Assembly: GCA_963693365.1 (NCBI GenBank)
Contig: CAVNZM010000015.1
Location: 3,720,001-3,784,000, forward strand
DNA: 64,000 nucleotides
Direction: 5' to 3'
Origin: Amoebidium appalachense
Lineage: Eukaryota; Protista; Ichthyosporea
Under the pieces are notes generated by a model. It ran no database searches and was not told the origin of the DNA. It was given only the letters and a program-made list of their open reading frames with translations. The translations under genes were made by a program, and so were the position numbers. Numbering within the stretch: position 1 is the stretch's first letter; each line of letters begins with the position of its first letter. Shown piece after piece: positions 1 to 16,112 of the stretch.

Positions 1-1483
1 GGGGGTAACCAGGTAAACACGCTTCCACACCCGCGCTCTGCTAGCATGCTACGATAGCTCATTTTTACGCACGGATGGTCACAGCAGTCCACGGATAACT
101 ACGGATACACGAGGATGCATTTGCTTACTTATTCGGACGTCGCCCCGCAACGAGGCCATTTTTTTGCAACAGCCATATCGTTTTTCATAGCACACACAAC
201 TCGATTTTTCGCACAAGCCCATTTCGCATGAGCGCATCATCTTTTCCCATTTTCCACACACGACCACAGTGATCATCGCAAGTTTTGGTCCTGATAATTT
301 GTGCGTATAAGCAAAGCACGAGAAACGCCACCCCCGTGTGCTGCTAATCCCGCATAATGGGTGCCGGCCAGACACTAAGCCCAGCACACGTTTGCCGGAG
401 GTTGTGAGTCTCGGACTTTGCTTGTGCCCACACGGTGGTTAAGATCACTTCCTGACGATCACTAGAGTCGTGTGTTTTCCTTCAGTCGGAACAGCCGTCG
501 TTTGCGCAAACTACGTGTATATACCCAATCACGATATATTTCAACGTGTACGTCCGGAAGATCTATGTCTGCTTCTCGCTCTTGCTCGCCTCTGCTTACA
601 TGTTTTGCTTTTATGTTTTGTACCCACGTGAGGTCATCCTCAGAGGCACTGCAGCCCGCCCACATGTGGTTAGGGGATGGCTTGGAGGTTTGCCTGTCCC
701 TGACATATACACCGTGACGCCCCCCCCCCACCCCTAGTATGCATCCACATGAAGCTTATATGTTTGCACCCACGTACTAGCCTTATCCATGTGTGAGGAC
801 ACACACTATCCTTCTCTTGTGCGCTTAACATGTGACGTAGATATACATCGAGTCACCCCAGACACGGAAGCCCCCCAGATCAATAAACATCACGATGTAA
901 ATGGGGCTTCCGGGACCTGGCGTCTTCAGTCTTTTCCTTGTCCAAAACGTAGTGCTTGTCAACGCATCTCAGATGGAAAGCGACCATCCGTCCCCTATCC
1001 GACTTTCATCCGTGTTCGAATTCATATTCTCATCACATTTCGATGTCGCACCGCCTATTGGCATGCGTTTTATCTCTTACTTGCAAATATACTGTATATA
1101 ACTCGGTTTAAATAAGTTATGGTTGCAATTTATGTGGTAAATCTATTTTGCTCTCTACTTTCTCGGATGAAACGTTTCGTTACATGTTGACTTATCAGGA
1201 CAGGTAGTGCTCCGATTGTGTCACGAACATTCCGATGGACCTCACCCTATACTTCCAATGCTGGCAAATTTAAAGAACCGTTTATCCCGAAGAGTCAAAC
1301 TCAGTACTGTAAGCCACACACGCACACGCCGTGGGGCTGTGCTCCCACCGTATCCCCAAAATATAACCCGTGTAAACCACACAAACCAGGCGGTAATGGC
1401 CTCAATTATTTACCTCAAAAGCATTATGCATACATGTGTACAGGATATATGAAACCTTAATACATATTATTATGTGTCCGTTC

Positions 1484-1528
<45 letters not shown>

Positions 1529-1650
1529 ATACGTGTGGTACACATACACATACACAAAAACACACACACACTAGCACACACACACACGCACGCACACACA
1601 CACGCACACACACACAACTGCAGCTGTGTTATATGATTATACATTACATT

Positions 1651-3695
<2,045 letters not shown>

Positions 3696-3955
3696 CCATC
3701 TTGCACATTTTTGATTGTTTCACCGCAAAATTTCATATATCATCAGCGATTGGCGCTGGCCCACGGCCGCGGGACAGGTGTGTACATGGGATGATCCATA
3801 ATCAGTGTACGTGTATTTGTTAGCATGTTGCATGCTTATGTATATACGTTTATATTATAAGAGTATAATTAATATTTCTACACATGTTAGCATACATATC
3901 TGGGGACATCCTTGATGGGAATGTCCTGCTTATATTGCACTCATACAACTCACAG

Positions 3956-5188
3956 GTGGTGCAAGGCAAACCTTATGATCCTTAACATAGACAAATGTGG
4001 TGTTCTTGTACCTGATATAGCTAACAATTTACACACATTTACATTATCATCTAAACCTGTACCTATAGTTCCAGAATACAAATATCTTGGTGTTCCGGTT
4101 GATTCTGTTGGTGTTATGTTTCCCCATATGGTCGAAAAGAGGGTAGAGTTGGCTCGTAAGCGGTTAGCTTTCTTCTCGGCTAATATTTTTAAAGACACAC
4201 CCCTCCATCCTTCTATTAGACTTACATTTATTCGCACTTTTGTCTTCCCGGCATGTGAATATGGTTTACCCCTTCTCGCCGCTTGGATCAAGAAAGAGAG
4301 AACTAGAGCGCTTAAACCCTTGGCAAATTTCCTTGAAGCAGAAGTTGCCTCCTTTCTATCTAACAACTGTTGTAAACCTGGGCCTGTAACGCTCTCGATA
4401 TATGGTCTGGTCCCAATAGCTGCTAGAGTATCCTATCTCGCGCTGAAATTCAATAAGCACATAAGCCGCTTAAAGAAGTATTTGCCCTCCCACCCTCTCT
4501 TCTCTATCCGACCTGTCCCCTCCTCACCTCTCCCCTCTTTCCTCCCCTCTCTCTCCCCTTCTCCCCTGGGCACAAATACAAATAAACCCCGCAATAGTGT
4601 GTGTGTGACTTTGGACTGCCACTTACTTATTAAACATGTACACAATCACAAGATAATCACGCAATATAACAAATGGAAAAAGATACCACACGACACTAGA
4701 CCCGATGAAAGCATACACCTTGAAAAACTAAGCCTTATGTCTCGTTTTATATATACTGACCGCCTCAACCATATTGCCAAATATGGCACTCGCAAGTGTA
4801 TAACACCTAAATACATATTACCTTCCTGTAGAACTGGTCTTTCTCTAGCTGATGGTATTATTGATCAATTACCACGCTTTTACTGTACACGTGCTATACA
4901 GTGGAGATCTAATAAGTATAAGGTGGCATCATTTGCATGCCCAAACAACACACACACACACCAGTTTAACCGGTCATGTATCGCCAAATGTAGTTTGATA
5001 GACCACATAATACCGCAACACACACACGTCACATTCACAACAGACACCCAGAAAGATAGCCTACCTGTAAATTACAACATCCTTGATTTTATACTAAACA
5101 CGCGTAACTACGACCTGTTTATTAGATGTATTGATTGGCTTGAGAAACACATCACTACAAAATTATAGCGCACGCGCACACACACACA

Positions 5189-5241
<53 letters not shown>

Positions 5242-5273
5242 CCAGCTGATACCGAGTGTCCCGAGGGGAGCCC

Positions 5274-5327
<54 letters not shown>

Positions 5328-5524
5328 GGGGAACCCCAACTAATTGATTTCTCCTTGTAGTCTTTATGGTGTCTCGTAGAGAAAGTAAACCCTGATATAT
5401 AGTCACCACCCGACATCTATGTACGTGATCATGATATACCGCTGAGGGGATATTCCGAGCAAAACCCCCCCCCCATACCTGAGACTGGTTCTCTTTGCCT
5501 CGAGTAAACAGCGTAAACCCCCAT
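3956..5524 (+). mobile_element. 5'-truncated LINE, right copy, same family in inverted orientation
   Basis: Reverse complement of 1651-3277 with scattered substitutions. Contains the RT C-terminal half, (CA)n 5177-5240, A49 at 5278-5326 and a 198-bp tail 5327-5524. Confidence 0.9.
3957..5168 (+). CDS. C-terminal fragment of LINE reverse transcriptase ORF (lacks YADD)
   Basis: Uninterrupted frame WCKANLMILNIDKCGVL...YKYLGV...FPACEYGL...NYNILDFILN. The catalytic YADD is present only in the left copy. Confidence 0.75.
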   Translation, partial: WCKANLMILNIDKCGVLVPDIANNLHTFTLSSKPVPIVPEYKYLGVPVDSVGVMFPHMVEKRVELARKRLAFFSANIFKDTPLHPSIRLTFIRTFVFPACEYGLPLLAAWIKKERTRALKPLANFLEAEVASFLSNNCCKPGPVTLSIYGLVPIAARVSYLALKFNKHISRLKKYLPSHPLFSIRPVPSSPLPSFLPSLSPSPLGTNTNKPRNSVCVTLDCHLLIKHVHNHKIITQYNKWKKIPHDTRPDESIHLEKLSLMSRFIYTDRLNHIAKYGTRKCITPKYILPSCRTGLSLADGIIDQLPRFYCTRAIQWRSNKYKVASFACPNNTHTHQFNRSCIAKCSLIDHIIPQHTHVTFTTDTQKDSLPVNYNILDFILNTRNYDLFIRCIDWLEKHITTKL

Positions 5525-7208
5525 GTGATATGGCCTCAGTTCATGTCAATGGAATCTCAAAAACGCCAAGATCAGGGGAGACTTTAAGCACAGTAGCCAA
5601 TCATAGTGAGTCCATGTCAGGCAAGCATGGATATATTCAGCGCTTCAATAAAACCGAAGATTCCCACCTGGGTTACCAAGAGAATTCAATAGAGAAACCA
5701 TGCATAAACCGACACAATAGGTATACATATATTTATTTTTATATTTTTTGCTGTGTTAGCGTCGAAAAAAACCATTGTTTGTTCAGTTTGATCTAGCCTT
5801 ACTTTGTAACCGTGGTATTTGATAATTTGAGACCCCGATGAGCATGCCGTAGGTCCGTCGCGCCGGAAGCAAAATGCCGGGAACAAAAAAACGTTGCAAA
5901 GCGAAACGAATTCGAAATCGAACAGCATACGTCATCGTCGGGGCCCACGTTTGCCCCACGTACACATTCTAAAACGGGAACCGGTGAGGCCCCGTGGAGC
6001 AAAAGCAGGTGACACCGGCCTATGCACACGTAGGGCTAGTTCAACGTTTTCTTGTGCTGCGTAGTACACGCTTTTCTCTTCCTATGTAGCGTCCCAGGTT
6101 TGAAGTTAAACTTTGCCCGCCTTAGTAATCGGATGCTTTCCACTGGCACCTGTGCGCCAAAGGTAGTGAATCTAGCCATTTGCTTCCACCAAAGTTTCAG
6201 TGTGACAGGCGGCGTGACTACCCTGGCAGCCTATATTCGGTATTCAACAGTAGTAGTTTAGGGCCCGAATCATTACTAGTCACAAGCCAACGTAACGAAA
6301 GTTGCCACCAAAATCGAAGTCGGTTTCTTCTTCTTCCAATTTATTGCTAAACTTCGAGAGCAACATTGCTTTTGTTGCCGGCGTGAAATTCATCACAGTG
6401 ACAGATCATCTGGCAGCTCGTATCGCATCAATTTGCCTATACTGGCATGCAGACTAGATCATCAGACTCAGATTTTGAACAATTCACTGCTTCCGAAACC
6501 AGACAGGCTTTAGGTCATCTTTAAAACCTTTGACTCTGCTAACATTGTGCGGAATGATTTTCAGATCAGGCTGTTTCCAGACCTATAGTTTGTTCTCACT
6601 GACTTAGTGATTACGCCTGGCCGTCGGCAGCCTACCGAGACTGAGCGGCGCCGGGCACCGCGTGACAGGCTCCAAGTCACTGTGAGGCCCTTAGGGGCAC
6701 TTATGATACTCTCTGTTGCGCTATACAGCCTCAATGCACGTGACTACCAGCTCATGTCACTGATACCATGAATTGATTCTTGGTACGCATCGTCCGAGTC
6801 TTAGACCATCATTCCGTGGCACTTTCGTCGATGTGGTAAATGAACCTCGGGATACCATTATTTGCGGCACTACGGCCTGACCACAACATCAACTGAGCTA
6901 GTGACGGCAAGTTATTCGCATGTTTTAAGTCATTGGTTACCATCAGCACGTGACCGTCCGTCTAACGTTGAACCTACCGGCGTCAATAAAAGCAACTGTT
7001 CCGTGTTCTGAATCACCCAGCCATTTTCGGCTGTGGTACAGAATATCATATCGGAGCATCTGCCACATCGTTAAATTAACGGGAAGATGACGACGCCGCC
7101 GGCGAAAAACTTCCCTTCGTGTGGGCGTCCTTCCCTGGAACACACCCGAGCCGCGCGACTTCCGTCCTGCACCCAACACGAACGAGGCTACACCTTGTGG
7201 TGGTGTTT

Positions 7209-10099
7209 ATGATGTGTGCGGCTGCGACGTGTTTTTACACCTTCCACCAACATTCCGAGCGTACCATCCTAGCGACATACTCCACCGAGACAAATATTCA
7301 CACGACGGCCATAAGACTTGAGCAATCGGCGACGGGGGAGACCGACACGCACACACAGAGGCAGTTTGCAGGGCTTCAGCCGGCGTCCGGAAACCAAATT
7401 AGTACCGAGGCCGATTTAAAGTCATGGCTTTCACTTGCCGACCCCGCCGTACTCCAAACGCTGGTTAAGTTGCTTAGGACTGTGCGGGCAGGGGGGGAGT
7501 TGACACCGCAACTAAACAGCCTGAGGTTGGATTTGGGAAGTGAGCGAGGGTCTGGGTCAGCAAGCAGCGCAAAAGACCCGCAAATCCCGACAGACGTAAA
7601 GGTAAGCTTGGCTTGGTGTGGCACCGCGCTTGCGTCCCTGCCCTGTCCAGTGTGAATGGGATAATTATTCGGCACTGCTAAATTGAAGTCTCTGTGCCGG
7701 CGGTGTTGTCGTCCGTATTACTAAAACGGTTCTATATGGCGGGGCTTCACTGACACGGTAGCATTTTCATCGTGATTGACTGAGCATCAGTGTGTTGTAA
7801 ATTGCTCTCGAGCTCGTAATGCTATTGGTGCCGGGGAAGGGTGACGGCCAAGCACTGTGTTTCCCTTGCTACGGTATAGTCACCCGGGTGCATGAGTGCA
7901 GTCAGCCCGTAACCGCACCTGGCATAGTTGGGAAAAACCCGGGGCAGTGCGCCGATGAAGCTTTTTCATACTCTCTAGGCTAGAACTCAGTAACTGTACC
8001 GACCCGGCATGGCAATGGGGTCCGCTGCATAACTTGAAGACAACTTCAATCAGGTTGAAATAGCCGCTTGGTGCCGCTCCGCCGGCACACCCCGGGTTAC
8101 AAAATGGAATTGCATCACCATGGCATGTGGCCCTCTCAGCTGGCTGTCTCTGCCGGGGCCGCGTTTTCAACATATTTTAGCTTTTAAAAATATGGAAGTT
8201 AGTAACATTTATGGGCTGGGAAAGCTCTGGGCAGGCACTACCAGAGTATATATCACATACGCCATACTTGAAGCACTCACAAGCGCACATGTGTTTTCTG
8301 CACTACTCCGTATGCAGATACATACACACACACGTTGTGCACGCACACGTACAACCACAGACCAACTCCTATCTGCGCACACCCGGCAACGGTTTATAAA
8401 AACTTTTCTACCCATTCACTGAAGTTTTACTGACACTATTCACTCTCGCACATTTTAGGAGCCAGATACAAAGACTCCATTGTCCGCACCGCCAACCAAC
8501 CCCAGCTCGTCGACCGGCACCATTCCTGTCGCAGGAAGGAACCCCACCACTCATACACAGCCGCTAAATGTTCAAACACGCGAACAGTATCCCATCACAC
8601 TGTTACCTCGTCCCGCGGCATCATCACTTTCGAACATTTTCGTTCCCAATAACACTGTTGACCAGGGTTCAATCGACCCGGCCGCGACGCGTGTGAGACT
8701 AGCCAATTGGTATAAACAGGAGAGCGAAAGTTTGGATTTCATAACTGATATGATACTGACAAGGGAAGTGAGATCGAAGGAGATAATGAAACCTTTCCCC
8801 CCCGGAAGCGCCAATCCCCCCAACAACGCCGGCCCGGAAATTCTACCATATGAACTTCCCGGCGTGGACGTGCGTAATTTTTCTTTGGTAAAATCGCTGG
8901 CAACGTCCGGTGCAATGCCATCGCTTGACCGGTGGCAGATTTTCAGCTGGGGTTTTTCGTTGGCGTGTGATGTTACCCCCCACGATTACCATTTTCAGAC
9001 GGAACCGAAATGGGACCCCAGCATATACGTAAATAAGATCAAGGACGGGCATGTCGTGTACGTGCGATCGGTGGATCTCCAAAAGTTCGCAGATTTTGTC
9101 CTTCCAAAAATCCCGGAAAATGTACGGTTTACGCTGGTCACGGGGGATTCTATTTTGACGGTCCCCAACGACTTGCCCTTCACGACGGCACATGCGCTTC
9201 TCGTCAGCCCAAAGGTATCATCGAGTCCCCCCCCCCCCCCCCCGGACCATTACCACTCCTCCCCCCCCCCCCCCCCCCCCTTACGCACACACACACACAC
9301 CAGCCTACCCCCTCCCTTCTCCCCCCCCCCCCCCCCCCCTTCCGCCTCCCCCGGCCCCTTCCCCCGGGCTCCCCCTTTTTCTAAAGCATCATACATCAAC
9401 AATTTCATCCCATCCTCCTTCGGAACTTCGAGATCTACCTGAGACGAACATCACTTCACCAAAATGAATGTACAGTCACCCTAGGTGTAAAAGAAAAACA
9501 TAAGGTATAATGAACGGTTACTGCGTAAGCACGGACTTTTCGGAGGCCGCAAAAGCACGTACGGTAGTCCTTGTATTGAACTGACTTTAGTAGCTTACTG
9601 AGCCTAATGAGGCTAATTAGTGGTAATTGCCGCACGGCATCCCCATAATGAGCAAAATGATTCAACAAATCATTGTGTTTGACACAAAGACTCCATTTAA
9701 TAACTTACGTGACCGTGATATCGCAGACTCATGAACAACACTTGCACCCGCAGATCAAACTTTGGTACACCCAAAACCTTGGTGTGTACAGCCCCCGCCT
9801 ACGCCCTCTCCCCGTCGGCAACGACTATCACACTCTCTACATCCGTCCCACCCAGTGGCAGATGCCGCGAGTCCACCCTCTGCACCAATCGCAATTAGTC
9901 GATTATCTTAGTGAAGCGATTCCATTGGATAAACGGCTGATTAAAGTGCACGTGAGCTTCCACCTTCTAACTAGCGACAAGGACAAATCGTGGAACAGCG
10001 ATGGGATCAGTCGGGCGTCGGCTGCACAACAATTGAAGAGGCTGGAACCCAATCACGTTACGTTTTTGCCTAGGCGCATGAATCGATTGGATGTAAATC

Positions 10100-10139
<40 letters not shown>

Positions 10140-10601
10140 CGGGTAGCTTTACTCCCCCTGCCGGTAGAATGTTCTTCTTGTGGCAGAACATGTCAGGTGT
10201 TGTCCGCTGTAAATGTGCGCCACATAGTACCAGTGCATTCATTCCAATGCCTCTCTCTCCCCACCCCCTCCCCCCTCCCCCCACCTCCCCCCCCCCTCCC
10301 CCCCGGCGGGGTGCAGAAACGGACCCACTCATTGAAATGTGTAACCGGTTCCCCTGTGGCTCCACACACGCGCACTGCAGACGAACACATACACTGGGCA
10401 TACAAGCACACACGTGTGCACACTCAAACACACACACACACACATCATACTCCCCTCTCTTATCCGGGCCCCTCCCCCATGTAATGTGATGTCCGTTTTG
10501 AACGTGTACTTTGCCTTCAAACGATAAGCAATGATTTTAACTCCTCCCCCTCCCCCCCCCCCCACGCACTCCCTCATCCCCCTTCTCCCCCCCCCCTCCC
10601 C

Positions 10602-10660
<59 letters not shown>

Positions 10661-11011
10661 GCACGCACGCACGCACGCACGTACACACACACACAGACAT
10701 GGAAACATCAGCTGCAACATGCGTTCGTGGCCACCACGTACGGGGCCGGCCTGGACTGCCACCGCACCTGGGAGGCGCTCCAATTGGGCCATATCGTTTT
10801 AATGCGACACACAGATCATGCGGCGTTTTGGTCGATGTTTGAGGGCCTGCCGGTAATCCTCGTTACGGATTGGGTGCATATCACGCCTGAGTTGCTCCAC
10901 ACGTGGCATGAGGAGTGGGTGCAAAAATTGAAGAACCCGGAAATCAAGGCGGATGTTAAGAGGAGGTTGAGTTTGAAATGGTGGATGGAACGAATCAGAA
11001 ACGGGGAATAA
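7209..11011 (+). CDS. Exostosin/GT47-like glycosyltransferase-domain protein, probably type II membrane
   Basis: Exons ~7209(or upstream)-7601, 8459-9214, 9754-10092, 10697-11011 joined by phase-0 GT-AG introns. Motifs RFTLVTGDS, WYTQN, PLPVG, GAGLDCHRTWEALQLG. N-terminal hydrophobic stretch. Start codon uncertain. Confidence 0.75.
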
Positions 11012-12085
11012 AATTTTAAATTTTAGGTTGTATCATATTGGCAAAGTTCCTGTCTCAGGTTTGGATCGGTTTTAAAAATCTTCAGTTTAGGTTGAATTGA
11101 GGATTTCAAAGGTTAGTTTGTGTTGTAGGATGTAGAGTGCGCGAATTGAAAAGAAAACACGCACACACAGCCAAACACCTAATAATAGATCCGGAAATTT
11201 TTGATTACCTCCTTTTCGAGTTTAACCTTTTGAAAAAGTGATACATGTATCCGAGCGACAGTTGTCAATGTGTAGCATTTTTTGCAGCCGCAATTTTGTT
11301 TTTCCCCCTGGTAGCCCTCAACCGTTCACGTAAGTAGATGTTTTTTTTAAATTTTCCAAGACCCAGCCGTTGAAGTTCAACCCGTAGGCCCTTCCCAAAA
11401 ATTTGTTAACGAACTGCTGTTTTTACCTCTTTTAAACTTACTTTTGTCCCCCAATTAGAAGTGTTAAGGTAGTGCCACGTCTTGATATGTATATTAGAAC
11501 ACAGACCGAGAAAGGTAGGAAATGATAGGACGGTGCAACAAAACACTTTTTCAGTTGTGTTTACAGGTAGTGTCCCGTGAGCCTCGGACACCGTGTTTAG
11601 CCTGGGACCGGAACCAGGCGTAACTGAGCTGAAGCAAAGACTTTGTTTTTGTATAGGCCCGTGTCCCTCAGGTGCGCATTTAAAACAACATCTTCAGTGC
11701 TCATGCATTTGTGTATTGATACACTTCCCGCCCTGCACGACAGTTTATAGGCGTACAGCCAAAGCTCCCATGCTATCTATATGCCGTGCATAATGATTCG
11801 TGTTGCAACATCACTGAGTATGGTAATTTACTAACTTTAAGTCTTAGTAACGTGAAGTAAACTGTGAGCACCGTGTTTGACTTTGGGTATTCACCTCGCA
11901 CATTCAAGTATACTGATGTGGCACTTATATTTGTCTTTTAGGGGCCTGATCCGAAATATTGTATAGATGTGTGGGCCCAAAAATTAATCCAAAAATGTTT
12001 GCCGGGAAACTGGCTCAATGACTTGAATGACGGTTGGATTTCTCGCTGGGCGGCATGTTGCCAGTCTGAATAACGGACCGATGTC

Positions 12086-12445
<360 letters not shown>

Positions 12446-12611
12446 GGGGGGGTGTATTGTGTGTATGTGCAGGCGGGGGGGGGGGGGGGGGGGGTGTGCG
12501 TATGCGTGTGTGACGTGTGCCACCACTTTTGCTTGTGTGTGCTTTTAAGTTTGTGTGTGTGGTGGGGGGGATGACGGGGGGGGGGGGGGGGGGGGGGGGA
12601 GGGGGGGGGGG

Positions 12612-12645
<34 letters not shown>

Positions 12646-12650
12646 GGCTC

Positions 12651-12770
12651 CGGAAAGTTTGGCAACCGTTCGCTCAGCGTAGAACCTTATTAAATTAGTG
12701 AATACTGCAATAACAGGGCAATTTGAAGCATTGAATTCGAACGAGACTCGGCAGGGAAGGGGGGTGGGGT

Positions 12771-12804
<34 letters not shown>

Positions 12805-12901
12805 TTAAGGAAGTTTGGCGAGGCTCAGCATAGAACCTTAGTAAATAAGTGAATACTGCATCGAATAGAGGAAAAACCTATAGAAACAATACTCGGCAGG
12901 G
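12651..12901. repeat. Degenerate direct duplication of ~100 bp separated by poly-G
   Basis: aagtttggc..gctcagc.tagaacctta.taaat.agtgaatactgca...actcggcaggg at 12651-12756 and 12809-12901. Confidence 0.8.
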
Positions 12902-12903
12902 AT

Positions 12904-12940
<37 letters not shown>

Positions 12941-14892
12941 AGGAGGGGGGGTTGGGCACTGAGAGCGGCTGCCTCGGAAACCTAAACCACACCATCGGAT
13001 GGTGGGGAGGAAATCTAACTTAAAGAGAAAGCTTCACGGAGGGAGGTGTGTGTGTGTTGGGGGGGGGGGGGGGGGGGGGGGGGGGAGGAGGGGGGGGGGG
13101 GGGGAGGGGGGAGGGGGAGGGGAGGGGGACTACAGGCGGGATGAACGGGGGGGGGGGGGGAGGGGAGGAGGGAATGACTGTTATCGTGACAGTCACAGTG
13201 ATTCATGAATGATTCACGACCGACAACAAATATAAGTATTAGCCTGCGGTAAAAGGCACATACTGTACAGTGGAGAGGGGAGAGGGAGGGAGGGATGGGC
13301 ATCGCCGGGGGAGTAGGGGAAGGGGGGTGAGGGGGGGGGGGGGGAGGGGGGAAGGGGGAGGGGGGGGGGGGGGGGGGGGGGGGGGGAGGGGGGGGGAGAG
13401 GGAGAGGGGGGAGGGGAAGGGAGGAGGGGATAGTATCAAATTCGTACGCTGAGTGAGATAGAAGAATTAAAATTTTGCTGACGGCGACGTAAAACTAATA
13501 AAAAAAATAGGCAGTCCCCCTAAAAACAAATGGCTATAAAAAAAAACTGGCAGTGGCCACGGCACACAACCTGATTTATTAATCTTTTGAATGCTGTACA
13601 TAGTTGGTAATTATTCTTACACGGACCCATCCAGGCTGTGTTTGTATGTAGCCTGCACACTCAGTGACTGCTTTCCGGATCCGTGTGTCACAACACTCGA
13701 AGGATGACCAAGGCCATATGACAGTGTGCAACGGTTCATAGATTTACTATCATGGGCCGTATTATTAGCTATGGGGTGATAAGACACATAGTGTTTGACG
13801 ACTTAAGAACGACATTTGAAGTCACGGATTGGTTGACATTGAAAATCTCTAGACACAATATTTTTAATCGTTGTTTGAAAGAATTAAACTATAAAAATAA
13901 AAATATAAATAGAATAAATAAAAAAAACTGAGCGCCAAATGCAAAAATGGTATTCGCCGGTGTTCTATACATGAAGAAATTGAGATACTTGAATACTATA
14001 GTCTATGTGACAAATCATTGTGTACATGTAGAAAATGGTGCCGGGCACGATTATGTGTCAACCAACCAACGAGACCCATAGTAGTAAATTTCAAAGTTTT
14101 TTTTTCTTTTCTTCTTTTGGCTGTAAATTTCGTCGGGTCCCAGAACTTCGTTGTCTGACATCGTCTATTTTCTTAACTTGGCGGAAATGTCATATGCATG
14201 ATAACACACCATAGTTGCAACTCATCGGGGAGTAAAGTACTGGTGGTACCTTGCCCACTTTACCTTCTGAACCGGGGAGGGGGGGGGGGGGGGGGGGGGG
14301 GGAGAACGGAGGGGGGGGGGGGGGGATGAGGGGGGGGGGGGGGGGATGAGGGGAGCAGGGAAAGAGGTGCAAAAAAAAAATAACCTGAGCTCACACATTC
14401 CGACGGAACACAACATGAAGCCTGAGAGTGTAAAGCATACGTAAACATGTGTGCATAATAAGCAGAGTTCATGCTCAGGGGGGATAGGAGTCACTGTGGG
14501 GAGGGAAACAGACGATAGTAAGTGTTACAGAGCACGAACAATAATAAGACCCACCGGCGTGGCTGGGGTTGATACCCTGGGCAAAGTGTGTACATATCAT
14601 GTTAGGACTGTTATAGGTGTGTTAGTTTTAGCTAATCATTCGTAGCACCCTAGCTAGAGTACTGTCGGTGCTGGGTGGAAGACGGTAGTTCACCCTGAGG
14701 GCCCCTAGGGGTACCTCCGGGAACAAAACGGGATAAAAATAAAAAAATACGAACAATAATAATAATTATCAACCCGGCAACGGGCCGGAACGGGATTGTG
14801 TTACAGGCGGCAAGCCGGGGGGAGGGGGGGGAGGGGGGAGGGGGGAGAATGTGTTATAGGGTGTGCCACGGGGGGGAGGCTGGGGTGTTGAA

Positions 14893-14930
<38 letters not shown>

Positions 14931-15089
14931 GGAAGAAGGGTGCTCAGAATGTCTCACAGCATCACGATCATGGGTAGCTCAATGATTCGTAGTTTGAATT
15001 AAAGTATGTGGAATGGAAATACGTTCTGCGAATCCTAAACCCACAATCACAAGACTTAGTGTAACTGTGTCTGCATGTGTGTGTCTCAC

Positions 15090-15122
<33 letters not shown>

Positions 15123-15358
15123 CCCCCCCCTCCCCCCCCCCCCCCCCCCCCCCCCCCCCACACACACACACCGTGAGACACCAAAAGCATGGCATTGTTT
15201 ACCTGTTGGGGGGGGGGGGGGGGGGGGGGGGGAGGAGGGAGGGCTCGAGGGAGAGGGGGTTGGTTCGTGCATGTATGACGTGTGTGTTTGTGCTCGTGTG
15301 TGCGTGCACGCCCACGCGAAGGAATGTGTGTGGTGGTGGTGGTGGTGGTGGGGATGGT

Positions 15359-15428
<70 letters not shown>

Positions 15429-15449
15429 GTGTGTGCGTGTGTGTGTGCG

Positions 15450-15486
<37 letters not shown>

Positions 15487-16112
15487 CACATTGGAGGAGC
15501 CGGGGGGCAGGGGGGGGGGGGGGGGGGGGGGGGGGATAGAGGACCGGTAAGAATGCCTTTTAAATAATGGAAGGGTAAATATTACGAAGCCAGAAGTACA
15601 CCAATGCTTTCGAGTTGGAGAGCTTCATAGGCTCCATAATTTACAGGGGTGGTCTGGGCCGCGAAAAATCATTCGGAAAGGAATTTTTTAAAGAAAGGCT
15701 GTAAAAGTGTCATCACACTGTTTGTTCCCCTCCGGGTTGAGTGAATCCTACATGCAGTATTATGTGGAACGACAGTCTCGGGTGAATGAGAAAACGGCAA
15801 CCTCGCCATTGATATCTTCAGTGCTAACGAATTCTCCTGAGTTTTTTAATACTAATATTGGTTACTGTACTGTATTCTGAGCTGTAGTATCAAGCGAGGT
15901 GTGCCTGGGAGAGTGGCCAAGGTGGTGGGCTGTTGCAACCTGTAATGTAAACTTTGTCGATCACAGGTGGTCAAAAATCAAGTATAGGGGATGCCTAATG
16001 TTTGAGCACGTGTGTAGGTGCAGTACATTGCCGCTGTAATAGTGGGGTGGGTGCAGCGTAATAATAATTAGAATCAATAGCGATATCGATACAGTGACCT
16101 CCGTTTCTTTAC

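Noticed and set aside
462-648. Minus-strand terminal exon-like ORF with IDLPDVHVEIYRDWVYT, faintly BTB-like
   Set aside because: It has an acceptor and branch-like site, but no upstream exons could be joined and the similarity is too short.
13742-14089. 15-bp imperfect inverted repeat
   Set aside because: Too short, does not extend, and has no TSD.
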